The notes under the pieces: model-generated
Database searches by the model: none
Told to the model about the DNA's origin: nothing
Seen by the model: only the letters and a program-made list of their open reading frames with translations
Source: Azolla caroliniana
Lineage: Eukaryota; Plantae; Polypodiophyta
Assembly: GCA_043228905.1 (NCBI GenBank)
Contig: JBHGNT010000010.1
Coordinates: forward strand, 20,646,001-20,710,000
Length of the DNA: 64,000 bases
Direction of reading: 5' to 3'
Position numbers and translations under genes: made by a program
Part shown: in pieces, positions 42,701 to 55,869 of the stretch
Layout: the number at the start of each line of letters is the position of its first letter
Numbering within the stretch: the first letter of the stretch is position 1

Positions 42701-45700
42701 TTGCATAAATCAACTAAGCTATCCACCAACCGTTAAGACTAATTTGCTAATTTATAGATTCACACCTTGAGCGAGATGCAGGAATTTTGCATGTGAATCA
42801 AAATAGATTCAATTTATGTTAATTATATGGGCATAGTAGCAAATACAATATACAAGATACTGGTTCAGACTATTTGCTTTCAATTTGTCTTACTATCTTA
42901 CCGACTGGGCTGCAAGTTCCTCTCTTTTCTTCTCTAGATCTTCTCGCAGCTCATTAATGACAGTAGCCTGCCAGAATATCAGGTTAAATTAAGGGAAAAA
43001 CTCTGCTCAACCATGTTTTTCATTACTTCACTTCAATTAATGACAATTTAATCCGAAACATAGATATAACGACATTAGGATGTTTCATAGAACCTGATAA
43101 TTAAAGTCTTCTGTAAGTGCAGTGTTTTGCTGTGATAAAGACTCTGATAGTGATTTTTGTGCATCCAATGTCCTCTGCAATAAGTACTTTTCCTGGGTCA
43201 ATTCATCAATATGCTGCATTTCCCAAAGGAAGCAAAACCAGAGTCAACAGAATACTCCAACTCATTCACTTAGAGACTAATATCAAAATATAGAAATAGG
43301 TAATGAGTTAATGGGAAAAACTCTGAAATACCCATGTTCTCCTTTATTCCCAAAATGCCCCTAAGAAATTATATGTGGTATTTACTATTAAGGCAATTAT
43401 TTGGTTGATTCATCCCACGTTTCTCTCTTTGGTGGATTGATCAAGGGCATTTGAGGATCTAGAAAAATTCAGGGGCATTCAGGAACATGAAGCAAAGGTT
43501 ACATGTATTTCTAAGTCTTCCCTTTAATTAATCTTTGTATTACCTGTTCCAAAGCAGCAAAGTCATCATTATGTGAAGACACTTGACTTTTTTCAAACTT
43601 ATTCATATTCTTGCCAAAGTGATCAATTCTTTCTCTATCCAATGAGACAAACGAAGATGAGAGATCATGCGAAGAATGTGAAGAAGTGTCTGATCTTTGA
43701 TCAAGAGGGGATATATGATTTTTAAGCATCGGCGGTTCGAGAGGTGACCTATAGGGGAATGACAATGGTATGTTTGATTTTGCAGCGAGAGACTGGAGAT
43801 GTTCAGAGGATTCAGATTTCATGCCATCTGGCTTGTGCCTAGATTGAAACGGAGACCTCAGCTGATCTTTTCTATCCCATGGGATATTCATGCTGCCTGT
43901 TTCCTTCTCCTTCAGAATTGGAATGCCTATAGAAATTTAACATCAGAAATACTCTCAAGAAAGAAGAAAGAGTGAGCAAGCGACATCCTAAAAAAGATCA
44001 CAAAAAGGTTAATTGTTAAGTCACGGATTAACTGTTGTTTTGACGTAGCTAAGGTTGAGGAGAAAACAAGGAAAGATTTAGATGTGTCATCGACTGCTGG
44101 AGTTACCTCGACTCCTATCAAATAAAGATTCATTTTGAACATCAAGTACACGTCCACTTCCAATGAGATCTTTCATGTCCGGAATCGACTTAGCTTTCTC
44201 AAATCCTCTTGCCCATGCAGATGGTTCGTGTATAGATGTGTTGCCATAGATTGAAGACTTCTCAATGAATTCAGAGGTATTCTGAGATTCATTACTGGAA
44301 GGTTGGCGAAAAGATTCAATAGGCTCTGAGGCATTATTGGAACTCCTGAGGACAGCATTGATAGAATCTGATGCATCTGTTGTACGTACATAACTTCCCA
44401 CCGTCTCTTCAAGCTTATTCTCTCCGTGCTCAGCATTGTTAATTTGAAAATTTGCATCTAAAAATCCATGATTATCATGAGGCAATATGGTCGAGATTTT
44501 ACTTGTCACATTGCCCTCATGTGTAGAGTCATGTTTTGAACCATTGGCAACAATATCCTTTGCAGGCAATTTGTTTATTATTTTCTCCAGTGGCTTACCC
44601 TTATCCTTATTTCTCTTCTCTTCTGCTTTTTTCTTCCTAAATTCCTCTAACTGTCAAGAAAAATAATTTAAAGCAAATTAAGTCCAAATGCATGGTAAAC
44701 AGCATTATAATACCACTTCAGTCATGAGACCTTCAAAAATGACAAGATATGATGAAATGAGGATAGTAGGATAAATTTCAAATGCTGATGTGGATTAATT
44801 GAATCCATACTTGCAATCAGTTAATGAAAAAACCAGCAAATAGATTTCATAGATGTTTCAGAATGAATATGATATAAAGAGCTACATGGGAATTAAATTC
44901 TGTAATTGCTTTATTGGTTTAGCTTCAAGAAATATCAAAAACATGCATCAAACCAAGAAAAGTTATGAAACTGTTGCCACTTCCAACGCCCCCATGAAAC
45001 CCTCACCATTCTGCATTCTACGAGAAAAATGTTTGAACCTTGAAGATCTCAAGATTTATAACCAACCATAAAGAACATGACAAAACTATGTACTCAGCGG
45101 TGAGATCTTTGATATGTACCTTGAGGCACCTTCTCACTCAGAAGACAAAAAGAAACCTTTCAAAACTATGAATTCCAATACGAGATCTTTGACCATTCTC
45201 ACTTATAAGAAACAAAATACTGAAATATATATCTTCTAAGACAAGATATTTGATACATACTTTTGATGCCACTTCTCTCTGAGATAAAAAGAAAACACTG
45301 CTATGTTCTAAGGTTTTTCATATGTATCTTTGAGCTATCTTCTCGCTGAGAGAAGGAAATCTATCCAAACATTCCAAGCCACATTCAGGAAATCTTAATC
45401 TATGAGCTGGCTAATTAGTTTTAAATGCATGAAATATAGGACAATATTTTTTGTGTATAAGAAAGACCCTTTTCCCACAACTGGTTCAAAGATGAGATTT
45501 TGATAGACACCTCCAGAACTCTCCTCTACAAGCAAAAAATACTACAATTCTAGACGTTCTAAGGAGAGATTTTTGTTACGCATTTTGAGTCATCTTCTCT
45601 CTGAAAAGACAAAAATAGTTATTGCAAATCTATATGGTCTAAGGTGAGATCTTTGATTTGAAAGTTCACAGGCTTCTCTCTAACAAGAAAAAATAGCATT

Positions 45701-45899
45701 GTTAATCCATATGTTGTAAAATGAGGAACGTGATAAGTAACTTTGAGGAGTCTTCTCTCCAATAAAAAAGGAAACATTGCAAATACATGTATTTTGAGAT
45801 GAGATCTTTTATATGGACCTTCAGACGTCCGGCATCGAGTTGCTTCTGCTTCTTGGAGACTTTCGATAGTGAATCTCTTGGCACTTCTTCCATTGCCAT
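39749..45899 (-). CDS. BLI: BLISTER-like coiled-coil protein (multi-exon gene span)
   Basis: N-terminus LDAGRLK|LEEFRKKKAEE, DDFAALEQ|HIDELTQEK, LSKKLELQTQRLEL, and C-terminus DEGDE|VVERVLGWIMRLFPGGSSRRRTSKLL*. Confidence 0.9.
43330..43495 (-). mobile_element. Intronic MITE-like repeat (family shared with 58712-58890, 60836-60985 and ~55660-55865)
   Basis: The reverse complement aligns by eye with 58712-58800 (tgcccct...tgcccttg.tca.ccacca.ag.gagaaacg.gatga). Confidence 0.6.
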
Positions 45900-47029
45900 A
45901 TATGTGCTCTGATATGCACATCAGCATGCTTTTCCCTCCGAGAAAGAAAGTGACGAATCAAAATGAATAGCACTTAAGTCCTCTCCTCTTCATCTCAAGC
46001 CTCAGAATTAAGTGCAGAAAATTTCTAATAAAGCAATGGAAATATTGATCTGCTAGGTTTTGATGATCTCATAGACATTATCAAATGATTTCCAGTCCTG
46101 TGGTTCTCTCCTCACAAATTCCGGTAACCGAAACAATGTTGATGCTTCCAAAAGAACATAAGAGAAAGATTGATCTGTTTGGGTTTGATATTGCTTCTTT
46201 CTGATCGCAATGATAGCAAGTGCTTTCCCGATTCGTTTTTTTTTCTTTTTGGATAACAAGAAGCGAAACTGAGCGGTGATTCAGGTCTCCCGCTCTTTCC
46301 AAGAAACAACCTACTTTTGTAGGAAAATACTGATCCCGTAGTGTTGAGATCTCGCTCTTTTCTTATCCAGTGACGAAGACAACAGTAGAGATCTGATTAC
46401 CTTTTGAAGAAGAAGAAAATATCGATCTGCAGGGGGGGGTAGATTTCTCGGTTTTTTCGGATGAAAGATTTAGCTAAGCAACCTCCGAGGAAAGACTTTC
46501 TTTATTTCCTGATGGTGATAATAGCAATAAATCTCCTGTTTTGAGGAAGGAGAAGAAGACGAAGACGAAACATTCATCTGCTAGGCTTTGCGCTCACCCT
46601 CTTGCTTTTCTTTCTTTAGTTCTGATGATGATAATAGGTAATAGCAAGAAATATACTGTTTCGAAGACGAAGAAGAGGAGGAATTTGATCTGTTAGGGTT
46701 TAATAATTTGCTTCTTCCTGATGAGGCAAATTTCCCTTCTTTGTTATTTTATGAGAAGAAAAGGAGAAGGCGGGGGAAGGGGCGATTCTGCTGTTCGGCT
46801 TCTTCCACCCTCTCTCTCTCTCTCTAATATATCTATCTATTTATCTCTCGCTTCTTCCTTCCATCAATCTTCTGTCTGTCTGTCTGTCGGTCTTCGTCTG
46901 TTTCTTCTGCTCTGCACAGACAGAAAGCAGAGACACAAGCTCTAATGGAAAATTATACAATATGTAAAATAAGTTCATATTTATTTTTTTGATCGACTCT
47001 CTTATTCTTAAGAAAAATGGCAACGATTT

Positions 47030-47400
47030 CCATTTCTATTTCATTCTTATTTCCATTGTTATTTGAAATTTCCAATTTCATTTTGTTTTCATTTTATTTA
47101 TTTTTTGCATCTTTTTTTCCTTTTTCCTTTTTCCTTTTTCTTTTTCTTTTTCGGTTGCTTTTTCTTTTTCTTTTGCTTTTTCTCGTGCTTTTTCTTTTTT
47201 CTTTTTTCTTTTTTCTTTTTTCTCGTTCTTTTTTCTTTTTCTTTTCCTTTTTCTTGCTTTTTTTTTTGTTTTTTTTTTGTCTTTATTTTTGTTTATTATA
47301 TTGTTGCCCTTTGCTCATTTGTTTCTGCTTTTCTGTTTTTCTATCTAATACATTATTTATTTGTTGTTTCTGTTGTTACTTTTTATCTTTTAAATACTGT
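47030..47400. repeat. T-rich low-complexity tract upstream of the BLI 5' region
   Basis: About 370 nt that are almost entirely T with some C. Confidence 0.9.
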
Positions 47401-47472
47401 ATTGTTGCCCATCCACCAAAAATGTTATCCTTCGCATGAGACACAAACTCTCTCTTTCTCTTTTATTGTAAT

Positions 47473-47660
47473 TAGCTTGCCCTATTGGTAAGTTGTTACC
47501 CTACAAGTCACTATGTCTTGGGTTCAAAACCCAATTTTACTCACCTCTCTATTATATACTCCATACATATCTCTTAATTCACTACATGCCACCATGGAAT
47601 GTAGGGGTTGAACCCATGACCACCTAGTCTCCATTGGGCAACCTTACCAACTGAGCAACA
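47473..47660. mobile_element. Two convergent degenerate tRNA-like (SINE head) sequences
   Basis: Minus strand 47660-47596 has TGCTCAGTTGG (A box) and GGTTCAACCCC (B box). Plus strand 47473-47533 has TGCCCTATTGG and GGTTCAAAACC. Confidence 0.55.
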
Positions 47661-47664
47661 TTCA

Positions 47665-48260
47665 TTGGGGCAAACTACCCTCCCTAAACTATTCGATACA
47701 CTAGATATAAAGAAATTAGGCAGATACATCTTAGAATTGAAACAACACAGAGAGAATAAGTTACAAAACGTTGATAATAATGTTGTTAATGTTTACCAAC
47801 ATGTAACAAATGAAGTTTTTCAAGAACATGGGGAGACAATGAATGTCAACACACCTGCACCACTCAGGCTTTTCCTTGATGAAGCAGAAAATCAAAGAAT
47901 AACCAAACGCCCTCGGATGTCAGGTTTCAAAGCAACACGACGAGATGTCGAAGCAATAAAGAAAATAAGGGAACGTGAGCTACATCGCCTAGAAGCCATG
48001 GCGGGGGCACTCTATACACTGGGACCATGGGTCACACCCACACCAAATACCTTTGACCTCCCACTTCTTTTTGAGAGACTTTGGTGGAAATGAAATTAGG
48101 CTTAGTGCAAAGTTTTGTACACTACTAGACCTCTTTTAGCTTAAGCTATTTTCTTTTATTTTAGTTTTGATGATTGGATAAACACTCATTTTTGTTGTAA
48201 ACCAACTGTCTCATGGGCCAATTTTGGCCTTAGAAGACGTTAATATATCTTTCTTTCTTA
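47665..48260 (+). mobile_element. 5'-truncated LINE 3' end related to subfamily B
   Basis: The 142-aa ORF is homologous to the ORF2 C-terminus (LGRYILELKQHRENKLQ...FDLPLLFERLWWK), with the same 3' UTR end and TTTC tail. Confidence 0.92.
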
Positions 48261-51200
48261 CTTTCTCTCTCTCTCTAATGTATGTGCTAATTATGCATAT
48301 AAATCAAGCTAATTACTAATCAAGAAATGAAGAAGGGGCTAACCTTTGAATGATGTCTCTCTTGCTTTTCTGAGTGTACTAACCCTTGCCTTGGAGGTCT
48401 TCCCAGATCTTTGATTTCATCACTTGTCTTTTTTGAAGGCACCCCTCACAATTTGAAAACTTGCTAGAATCTCCAAACATGGCTCTAGACCAATGCTTTC
48501 CCTTCCCCCCCCCTCCCAAACTTCTTGTATGGCCCGCATGATCTTGACATTTAACCCTTCTCCTTGGCACATTGTCTTAAATGTCACAAATTGTCCTCCA
48601 GAAGGGAGAATATATGTAAATTCTACATGTGCCCATAGCTAAATCCAACATGCATTTCTTCGAATCTTGTATTTGTGACTGGATTTCTATTTCTTTCAAC
48701 TATTTTTTGAATTGACATATCAAATAGTGTACTATTTCCATCCGTCGAGCATTGTCAGACAATGATGTGGTAACCTCATTATGACTACTAATGAGCCCTC
48801 GAGTAGATCCAAGAACCTCTAGGAACTTTGATCCAACGACCACTAGAAGGAGAAGCAAACAAGTATGCTAATATCTTTGATCACACGTCATGAAGATCAA
48901 TCCAAACATAATCAGCACGACAATATATCATCTCATTTAAATCAAACTTAAAACTTGCACAATTACGTTCATCGAGAATACTCATATGTATGTAATATAT
49001 AATAATATTTTACATAAAACTTGCTTCAAGGGGTTGGCGCCGCTTCAACTTTTATAAATTCAAGTTGACAATTTAAGGATAATTGTTCGGTAACGTTTAC
49101 AACACAAAAATGCACAAAAAGTGAATATATTTATAGGAAAGCTAGGTTTTGAATAAAAAATATTGAATACATCTTTTTCTCTCACAAGCAAACGATGAAA
49201 TGTTTGGTTCCAACTCACAAGCGTGCACCCCTCTCATGCGCGAGTTTACATTGATTAATCTATAATTCAAGGTAAGTTAAGCCCAAAAATAGTGTGACCA
49301 TCTTGTGCACACCCACACACCATGTTTGATGTAGAACTAGTTGTCCGAATAATATTTAAGAACTTGATCTTTTTTATATTCGAAACCTTCGAATTTTAGT
49401 CATTGTGAAATACATTTCGGCCAAAATTGAATAGGTATTAGGCACACCTTTCACCATAACACATTTATGTCATCCAATGCCAACCTACTTTTTAGCATGC
49501 AATGTACAAAGCCATTAGCATATTGTTTGTACATGTGCACACCTATTTGTGGCACAATACACGTACCCTTTCCAAATCCAAGCAAGGGCCATTCTTAACT
49601 AGACCCATTCACAAAATTGGGCTTCAAAATGGAATATGGTTGTTTGCCTCTACCTTCCACACTCCTCGTATGTGGGTATTTAGATCGATGTCTTCTATGT
49701 TACATCAAATGTTTGTTGTCTTGCACATTCTTCTCCTTTCCCATCACAACATATCCTCAACAAAGTAGGTTTTTCCTATCATCCATAATGTATTTGTGCT
49801 TCAATGTCACTGTTTTTGTGACATGTATGTTCATCGTGATCACTTGTACATTATGACAGGTTAACCATGGATAAAGATAGACTTGAACCACCACCATCCT
49901 ATGATAAATCATCGTCTCGATTGATCATGGTGCCCATAAAAACATAATGCAATATCATCTACGTACAATTGAAGTTGTAAATTTCTTTAGAACGTGTCAT
50001 TTTTCACCATCTTCGTTCTGCAATCATGAACTAATATTGATTCGTTAACATGCGCTAAAGATCATTAAATCTTTTATGACCATGTATTTATGAATAAACT
50101 ATGTGTAAAAGCATGAAAACAAATCAGAAGAATGACAATATGTTTCAAATACAATTGATCCATGTATAATGGTCATCAATTCAATTGACTGATATCAATA
50201 CTACCTCATAGGAAAATGTCATTCAATGGTAGGAGCTTTGTGCATGCGAGAGATACTAACCATCAACATAATTGGGGGATGAAAAATGCCTTCCATGTGG
50301 CAAAGGGCCATTCCCCCTTTGCCATATTGAATGCAATCAACTATTGCACATGTAAGGCTCTAAACATCTAACAAAGTTGAGGATTTCCCACGTGGGGAAA
50401 GTATCACTTGTTCCACGAGGTTTTCCTATATGCATCAGGAATGTCCGTGATAAAGTTCCAACATATAGCTAGTTAGCCTGCATTAGGGGGGTAGGATGCA
50501 CCACACCATCCATATTTGTGGAGACAATGATTAAAACACTTGGTTTTGCCTAGAAAGGTACATTGGTACTATCCACAAAGCTTCATTTCGTATTGCCAAG
50601 TACAACTAATGAATCAATGACCGGGGTATGGAATTCACGCTAGATACCATTACAATATTAGTATAGATTTAATAATGGGTTCTATCGTAGTTTTTTTCTT
50701 AGGTTCCGTAATGTCAACCCTATCATCGTTGACCTTATACGTACATACAACCTAGCCCCAAGGAAGTTCTACAAGCTCATCACGTACACGGTGTCATTCG
50801 GGCCGAATATATGCTCTAAATGTGCGTGGAGTCATAGCATGTTGCTCGCCTTGAGGCCGCACAAAGTCAAAATGTACTCTCTCTTCGTGCGTAGGAGCTT
50901 GTAACATAGCTGATTAGAATTCGAGATACAAGGCGGGTGGGAAGGATAGAGAGAGCCATTGTGATGAGCGAGTGAAGGCGTACAGAAAAGAGGCTTCGGT
51001 AGCCTGTGGAAACTAAACCGACATTCTATCATCGAAATGTTTGTTCTGTGTCGGCAATTAACCGCAGGTAGTTTCCGCCACGTTTACAGTAATGGGGAAT
51101 TGACCGAAAGTCAAAGGAAGAACTGTACGGTGCAGGCAAACCAAGCTATTCAGCAGTTCTCAACCCCCATTCTTTTTGTCGTCGAAGGATCTGGAAAACG

Positions 51201-51538
51201 AGCTGTCTGATGGGTGCTTCAGGCCAAGTGTGGGGTGGTGTGGTGTGGTAGAAGAGGTAATAGGGGGGCTCTTCTTTTGTTTTTTGGGGGTCTTCTCTTT
51301 GTTATAGGTACATTATTACATACATACATATGATGATACATATGTATGTATTGTGAAAGTGTGCGTGTTTTTTTGTTTTGTGTGTGTGGGGTTGGGAGGA
51401 ACAGGGGAGAAGAGACCTAAAAAGGCTTCATATCTTCAGGGATTAAAAGAGTCAAAGGGGGGAAGAGAAGAGAGAGAAAGAGAAAGAGAAAGACAGGGGA
51501 GGGGGGACAGACAGACAGACAGACAGACAAACCCATTG

Positions 51539-51542
<4 letters not shown>

Positions 51543-51612
<70 letters not shown>
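51543..51612 (+). repeat. (AG)35 microsatellite at the 5' end of the BPC gene
   Basis: Perfect GA run, followed by a probable 5' UTR exon ending at ttcag|gtagcc (~51785). Confidence 0.9.
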
Positions 51613-51614
<2 letters not shown>

Positions 51615-53489
51615 CCACTGTGATTTCTTACATCTTCCAGTCTCGCTGCTGCTGCTGAGTTCCTTCCTTCAGTCGCTAGATCCGCTCAATGAGTCGCATC
51701 GGACCTCTGCAAGTGAAATATTAGCAGCAGAGTTGGGTTCCGGATCCCTGCAAAGACCTCCCCAGGCGTCTCAATTTCGTTTCAGGTAGCCCTAAATTCT
51801 TAGCTACAGAATACTTCTTCTTCTCTACTCATTTCTTTCTGTGGGTTTTCAGGTTCTGCTTTATGTTTCAGAGTTGAAATGGAGGTTTTCTTTCTTTTTG
51901 TTTACTTGCTATTTTCATAGCTTGAATAGAGAGTGAAGTTTCTTTTATTTTTTCTATTTTCACCGATTATCTTAAATTGAAGGGAGATCTATCTAGCCCT
52001 TTTCAACTAAAAGTTTTTTTTCTTTGTGTTTTAGAATTGAAGTCAGAGTATGTATGTATATACAGTGAGTGCGTGTGCGTGAATGAGGATTTGCGCTGTA
52101 AAAACAGCAAAAAATATATCTCATAGAAAAATGAAAATTCATACATTTTGCTCTGTATGCCTAGTGCTGAGATAGAGAGATATCCATTGCTTAGCATTTA
52201 CGTGAATTTTGGTTATTGGGAGAAAAAAATTGATCTTTGCAGAGTTGAGACTTTCCTGACATCTCAAAATCCATGCATTTTGGTTTGCTGCATTACTGAG
52301 GACATGTTTCCATTGCTTGTGGATATGTTGCGTTACTGAGGCTTTGTATTATTAAACATAGAGCCTCTTTATGCATATCAACAGTCATTCATTAATGTTG
52401 AGTGTTTTAATGATGTGCAAACCTAGCTCATAGAAGAGAAAAATGTCAAGTGACAGAAGGGAAAACTTAAATTAAAAATAAATCGAAGATAAATGCGATA
52501 GAGAAAGGGGAATGAGAGGTGGAGAGATATAGGATCAGTATTATCAAAGAGTAGTGATATTAGTTTTGGAGAAAAGAGCAAGAAAGAAATAACAAGATGG
52601 CATAGCAATCAGATGCAGAGTCTCCATTAAGTAGGCAAAATTTCTCCCTAGAGGCTTCCCCAATGTTTCAAAGCTCGTGCATATTTCTTTTTAGGCTTTG
52701 CAATGGGATGGAGAAGTCTCCAATGTCCATTTACTTGTGAATGTGTTGTTTTACTGAGGCTCTGGACTGTATGCAGAAATATTTGTACCTAGGGGGCCTT
52801 TGTTGCTTGTCAAAATTCATGTGTTCGGGCTTTCTAGACTTATGGAAAAGTCTCAATTTCTCATGAATTGTCTTGATTATTTTGGATTTTGCCTCAGATA
52901 GCATCTGTTTTGCACAGTTTTCTTTTCTATTTCCTGTCAACAGAGTTTGCAATATGTTGTATTACTGTGGCTTTGGACTATTAACTAAGCAGAAATTTTA
53001 TTCCCCTTGAGTCCAGTGTCGAAGTTTATGCATTCTGCAATGTATCCTTAGTGATTTGAATTGAGAAGTCTTTAGAACTCATGGATCACTTTGCTTTAAC
53101 TGGTTTTGCTAACTTTGGCTTAGGAAGAATCTGTTTTGCATTGTTTTTTTCTGCATTGCGACCATTGAAGTCAAAGTAATACCTTTTCATTACTGATATG
53201 TTGGACAATTAAGCTGAAAATTTTGTTCCTAAGAGGTCTCCCCACATGAAAATAATCTTGCATTTTGCTAGCTAGGCTTGCTGATGGGATGGAGAAAGCT
53301 TTGTTACTCATAGATTGCTTTGGGCTAACCAGTATCTTAGATTTTTCTTTGAAAATTTTCTGTTTTTCCACTCTCATTTGTTTCGGGGTATAAAATCAGA
53401 CTAAGTAAATCACAATTGTCTCTCACATTGCAGTGTCGATGAAATTTTTTTGATGCCTAAGGTAAATACTCGAGAAAGCATAGTTGTGG

Positions 53490-54761
53490 ATGGAGAATGA
53501 TGGAAGAATGGGTTTGCGTTGCATTGTTGCACCAGAGCAAGCAGAACATGCGGCTCTCAAAGAATATGCGACAATTCGACTAATGCAAGTGATGGCAGAG
53601 AGAGATGCTGCCATTGTAGAAAGAGACAATGCACTGGCAGAGAAAAAATCAGCCTTAACTGAGAGAGATTCAGCTTATATTCAGAGAGATATTGCAGTTG
53701 CTGAGAGAGATGCTGCAATAATAGAGAGAGAGAATGCCATAGCCGCCTTGGAAGCCGCAAGAGGTCATCATAGAGCCCTTGGATGGAATCAATATAAAAG
53801 ACAGCCAGAGCACATCAAAGGGAGAGATGCTGCCACAATGCTACAAATGAGTCTTCCTAATGTTCCTTTTGGTGTTGATGAAACTCATCCTTTCGGGAAT
53901 GAATCTTCAATGCTTGGATTCATTAATAATTCTGGGAAATTGCATCCGATTCAGCAACCACAACAGCAACATCACCATCAACAACATCCCCATCACCACC
54001 ACCAACAGCAACAACAGCAGCAGCATCAGCAACGGCAACAGCATCAGCAACAGCAACAGCAACAGCCACAGCCACAGCCACAGCCACAACCACGGTCACA
54101 GCCACAGCCACAGCCACAGCCACGGTCACAGCCACAGCCACAGCCACAGACACAGACACAGACACAGACACAGTCACAGCCACAGCCACAGCCACAACAG
54201 CAGCAGCAGCACCAAGAACAACCGAATGGTAAGTCGCGGAAGAAAGAAACTCCGAAGACAAAGAGGGATAGGAAGACAACAGGCAATGATGTGTCAAAGC
54301 TGGATCTGAAGAAAAAACGTGATGAAAATGGTGCGCGAATGCAAGAGAATGTGATGACACCTCTTATATTACCGGTTGCTCCTTATCATGGGCAAGAAAT
54401 AGCACAGGTGCCAGCCCAGAAGAATGAGATGCATTTGGATATGGAGGAAATGAAGGAAGTAGAGTATGTTATCAACACACCAATACCTCATTGTTCATGC
54501 ACAGGTACTTTTCAACCTTGTTATCGATGGGGAAATGGTGGGTGGCAATCTGCTTGCTGCACAACCACATTGTCTGAGCATCCCCTCCCTATGAACCCGT
54601 TAAAGAAAGGGTACAGATTACCGGGAAGGAAAATGAGTGCAGGAGCATTTCAAAAGTTAGTTCGAAGACTTGCTCAAGAGGGTGTAGACCTTTCTCAACC
54701 AATTGATTTGAAGGATTTTTGGGCAAAACATGGCACCAATAGATATGTCACCATCAAGTGA
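53490..54761 (+). CDS. BPC: BASIC PENTACYSTEINE / BBR GAGA-binding factor, class II (alanine zipper)
   Basis: [14 protein letters not shown] zipper; C-terminal CSCTG...[16 protein letters not shown]...RKMS...[13 protein letters not shown]. Intronless CDS. Confidence 0.96.
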   Translation: MENDGRMGLRCIVAPEQAEHAALKEYATIRLMQVMAERDAAIVERDNALAEKKSALTERDSAYIQRDIAVAERDAAIIERENAIAALEAARGHHRALGWNQYKRQPEHIKGRDAATMLQMSLPNVPFGVDETHPFGNESSMLGFINNSGKLHPIQQPQQQHHHQQHPHHHHQQQQQQQHQQRQQHQQQQQQQPQPQPQPQPRSQPQPQPQPRSQPQPQPQTQTQTQTQSQPQPQPQQQQQHQEQPNGKSRKKETPKTKRDRKTTGNDVSKLDLKKKRDENGARMQENVMTPLILPVAPYHGQEIAQVPAQKNEMHLDMEEMKEVEYVINTPIPHCSCTGTFQPCYRWGNGGWQSACCTTTLSEHPLPMNPLKKGYRLPGRKMSAGAFQKLVRRLAQEGVDLSQPIDLKDFWAKHGTNRYVTIK

Positions 54762-55869
54762 TGACAACGAAAAACATATCTCAAACCTCACATAAGAGTC
54801 ACCTTTGTAATCGATGTGTAACAAGTGGATAGATACACCTACTAATTTACATGCCAATACTTTAAATGGATAGTTTTTTGAATTCTAGTTTCAATTCCTC
54901 TTTGATATTAGAAAAGAGTGTTTTATGTTTCATCTGAACACTTTTAAGTGCATGTATAGATTCCTGTGCTAATATTTCTACCCTGTTTAACAGTGATCAA
55001 TGTGAACTACAATTCAAATATACACAATTGTGAAGAATATTTGGAGTTGTGGAAGCTAGCAAAATTTGGTATGCCTCCATTTTGAGCTAATGATTAGATA
55101 GTGTTGCCTTTTGGTTAAAATATCTCCTTCATTTACATGGATGTATACATATTATTAGTGATTAGAATACTTAGATTCACCATTTCATACTATGACGGAA
55201 GAGCCAAGCATCACTACTGAATTGAGCTCTCTCCTACTTCAAAGTGGCGTGACCCTTGCCCCCTTTGTCTATAAAAAATCCTTCACAATTTCAAGTTTAT
55301 GATGTTTGTATGACATCTTTCCTGCAATCACATCTTTCTGAATTTGTGTCAAATCTCAATGAGCGCCTATTGCTGCTAACTCCAAATATTCCTCAATTAT
55401 TAGGATTACGAAGACAATGGATTCAGCTTTCATACCACAAAATTGTTCTAAACATACTTCTATAATTTTTAGTTAATGCTTGTTGTCAATGTTTTCTTTG
55501 GCATATTACCTTTTCAGCATTATCAGTACATTGCAAATTTATGGGATTTGGTCTCTAAAGGTAGTGCGCCAAGATAGTAATGACCTTGTTTCTTTTACTT
55601 AAAAAATACCCACTCTATGCAAATGTGAGGAAATAAAAAACGAGCTTGGGAGTGTTATATTTTCAAAGCCCTAAATGCCTTCAATTCATTGGTCAAACCC
55701 TAAACAACCTTAAAATGTGCAAATTGTGTAATTATATGACCAATTAATCCCTTTTTTTATCTATTATATCATACATGTGATACAATAGTAGCCATGTGGT
55801 CAAATATATCCATTTTTATCTCTTTAAGGGTGTTGAACAAGGGTATTTGAGGAAATAAAGAAAAGCTTG

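Noticed and set aside
47017-47491. Phe-rich 140-aa ORFs (also 57181-58015)
   Set aside because: Translations of T-rich low-complexity DNA, not membrane proteins.
48300-51200. Possible gene or TE in the BLI-BPC intergenic region
   Set aside because: No recognisable motifs or spliceable ORFs by eye; probably decayed TE sequence.
53860-54360. His-Ser, Val-Ala and Cys-Gly repeat ORFs
   Set aside because: Alternate-frame and antisense readings of the BPC coding microsatellite.
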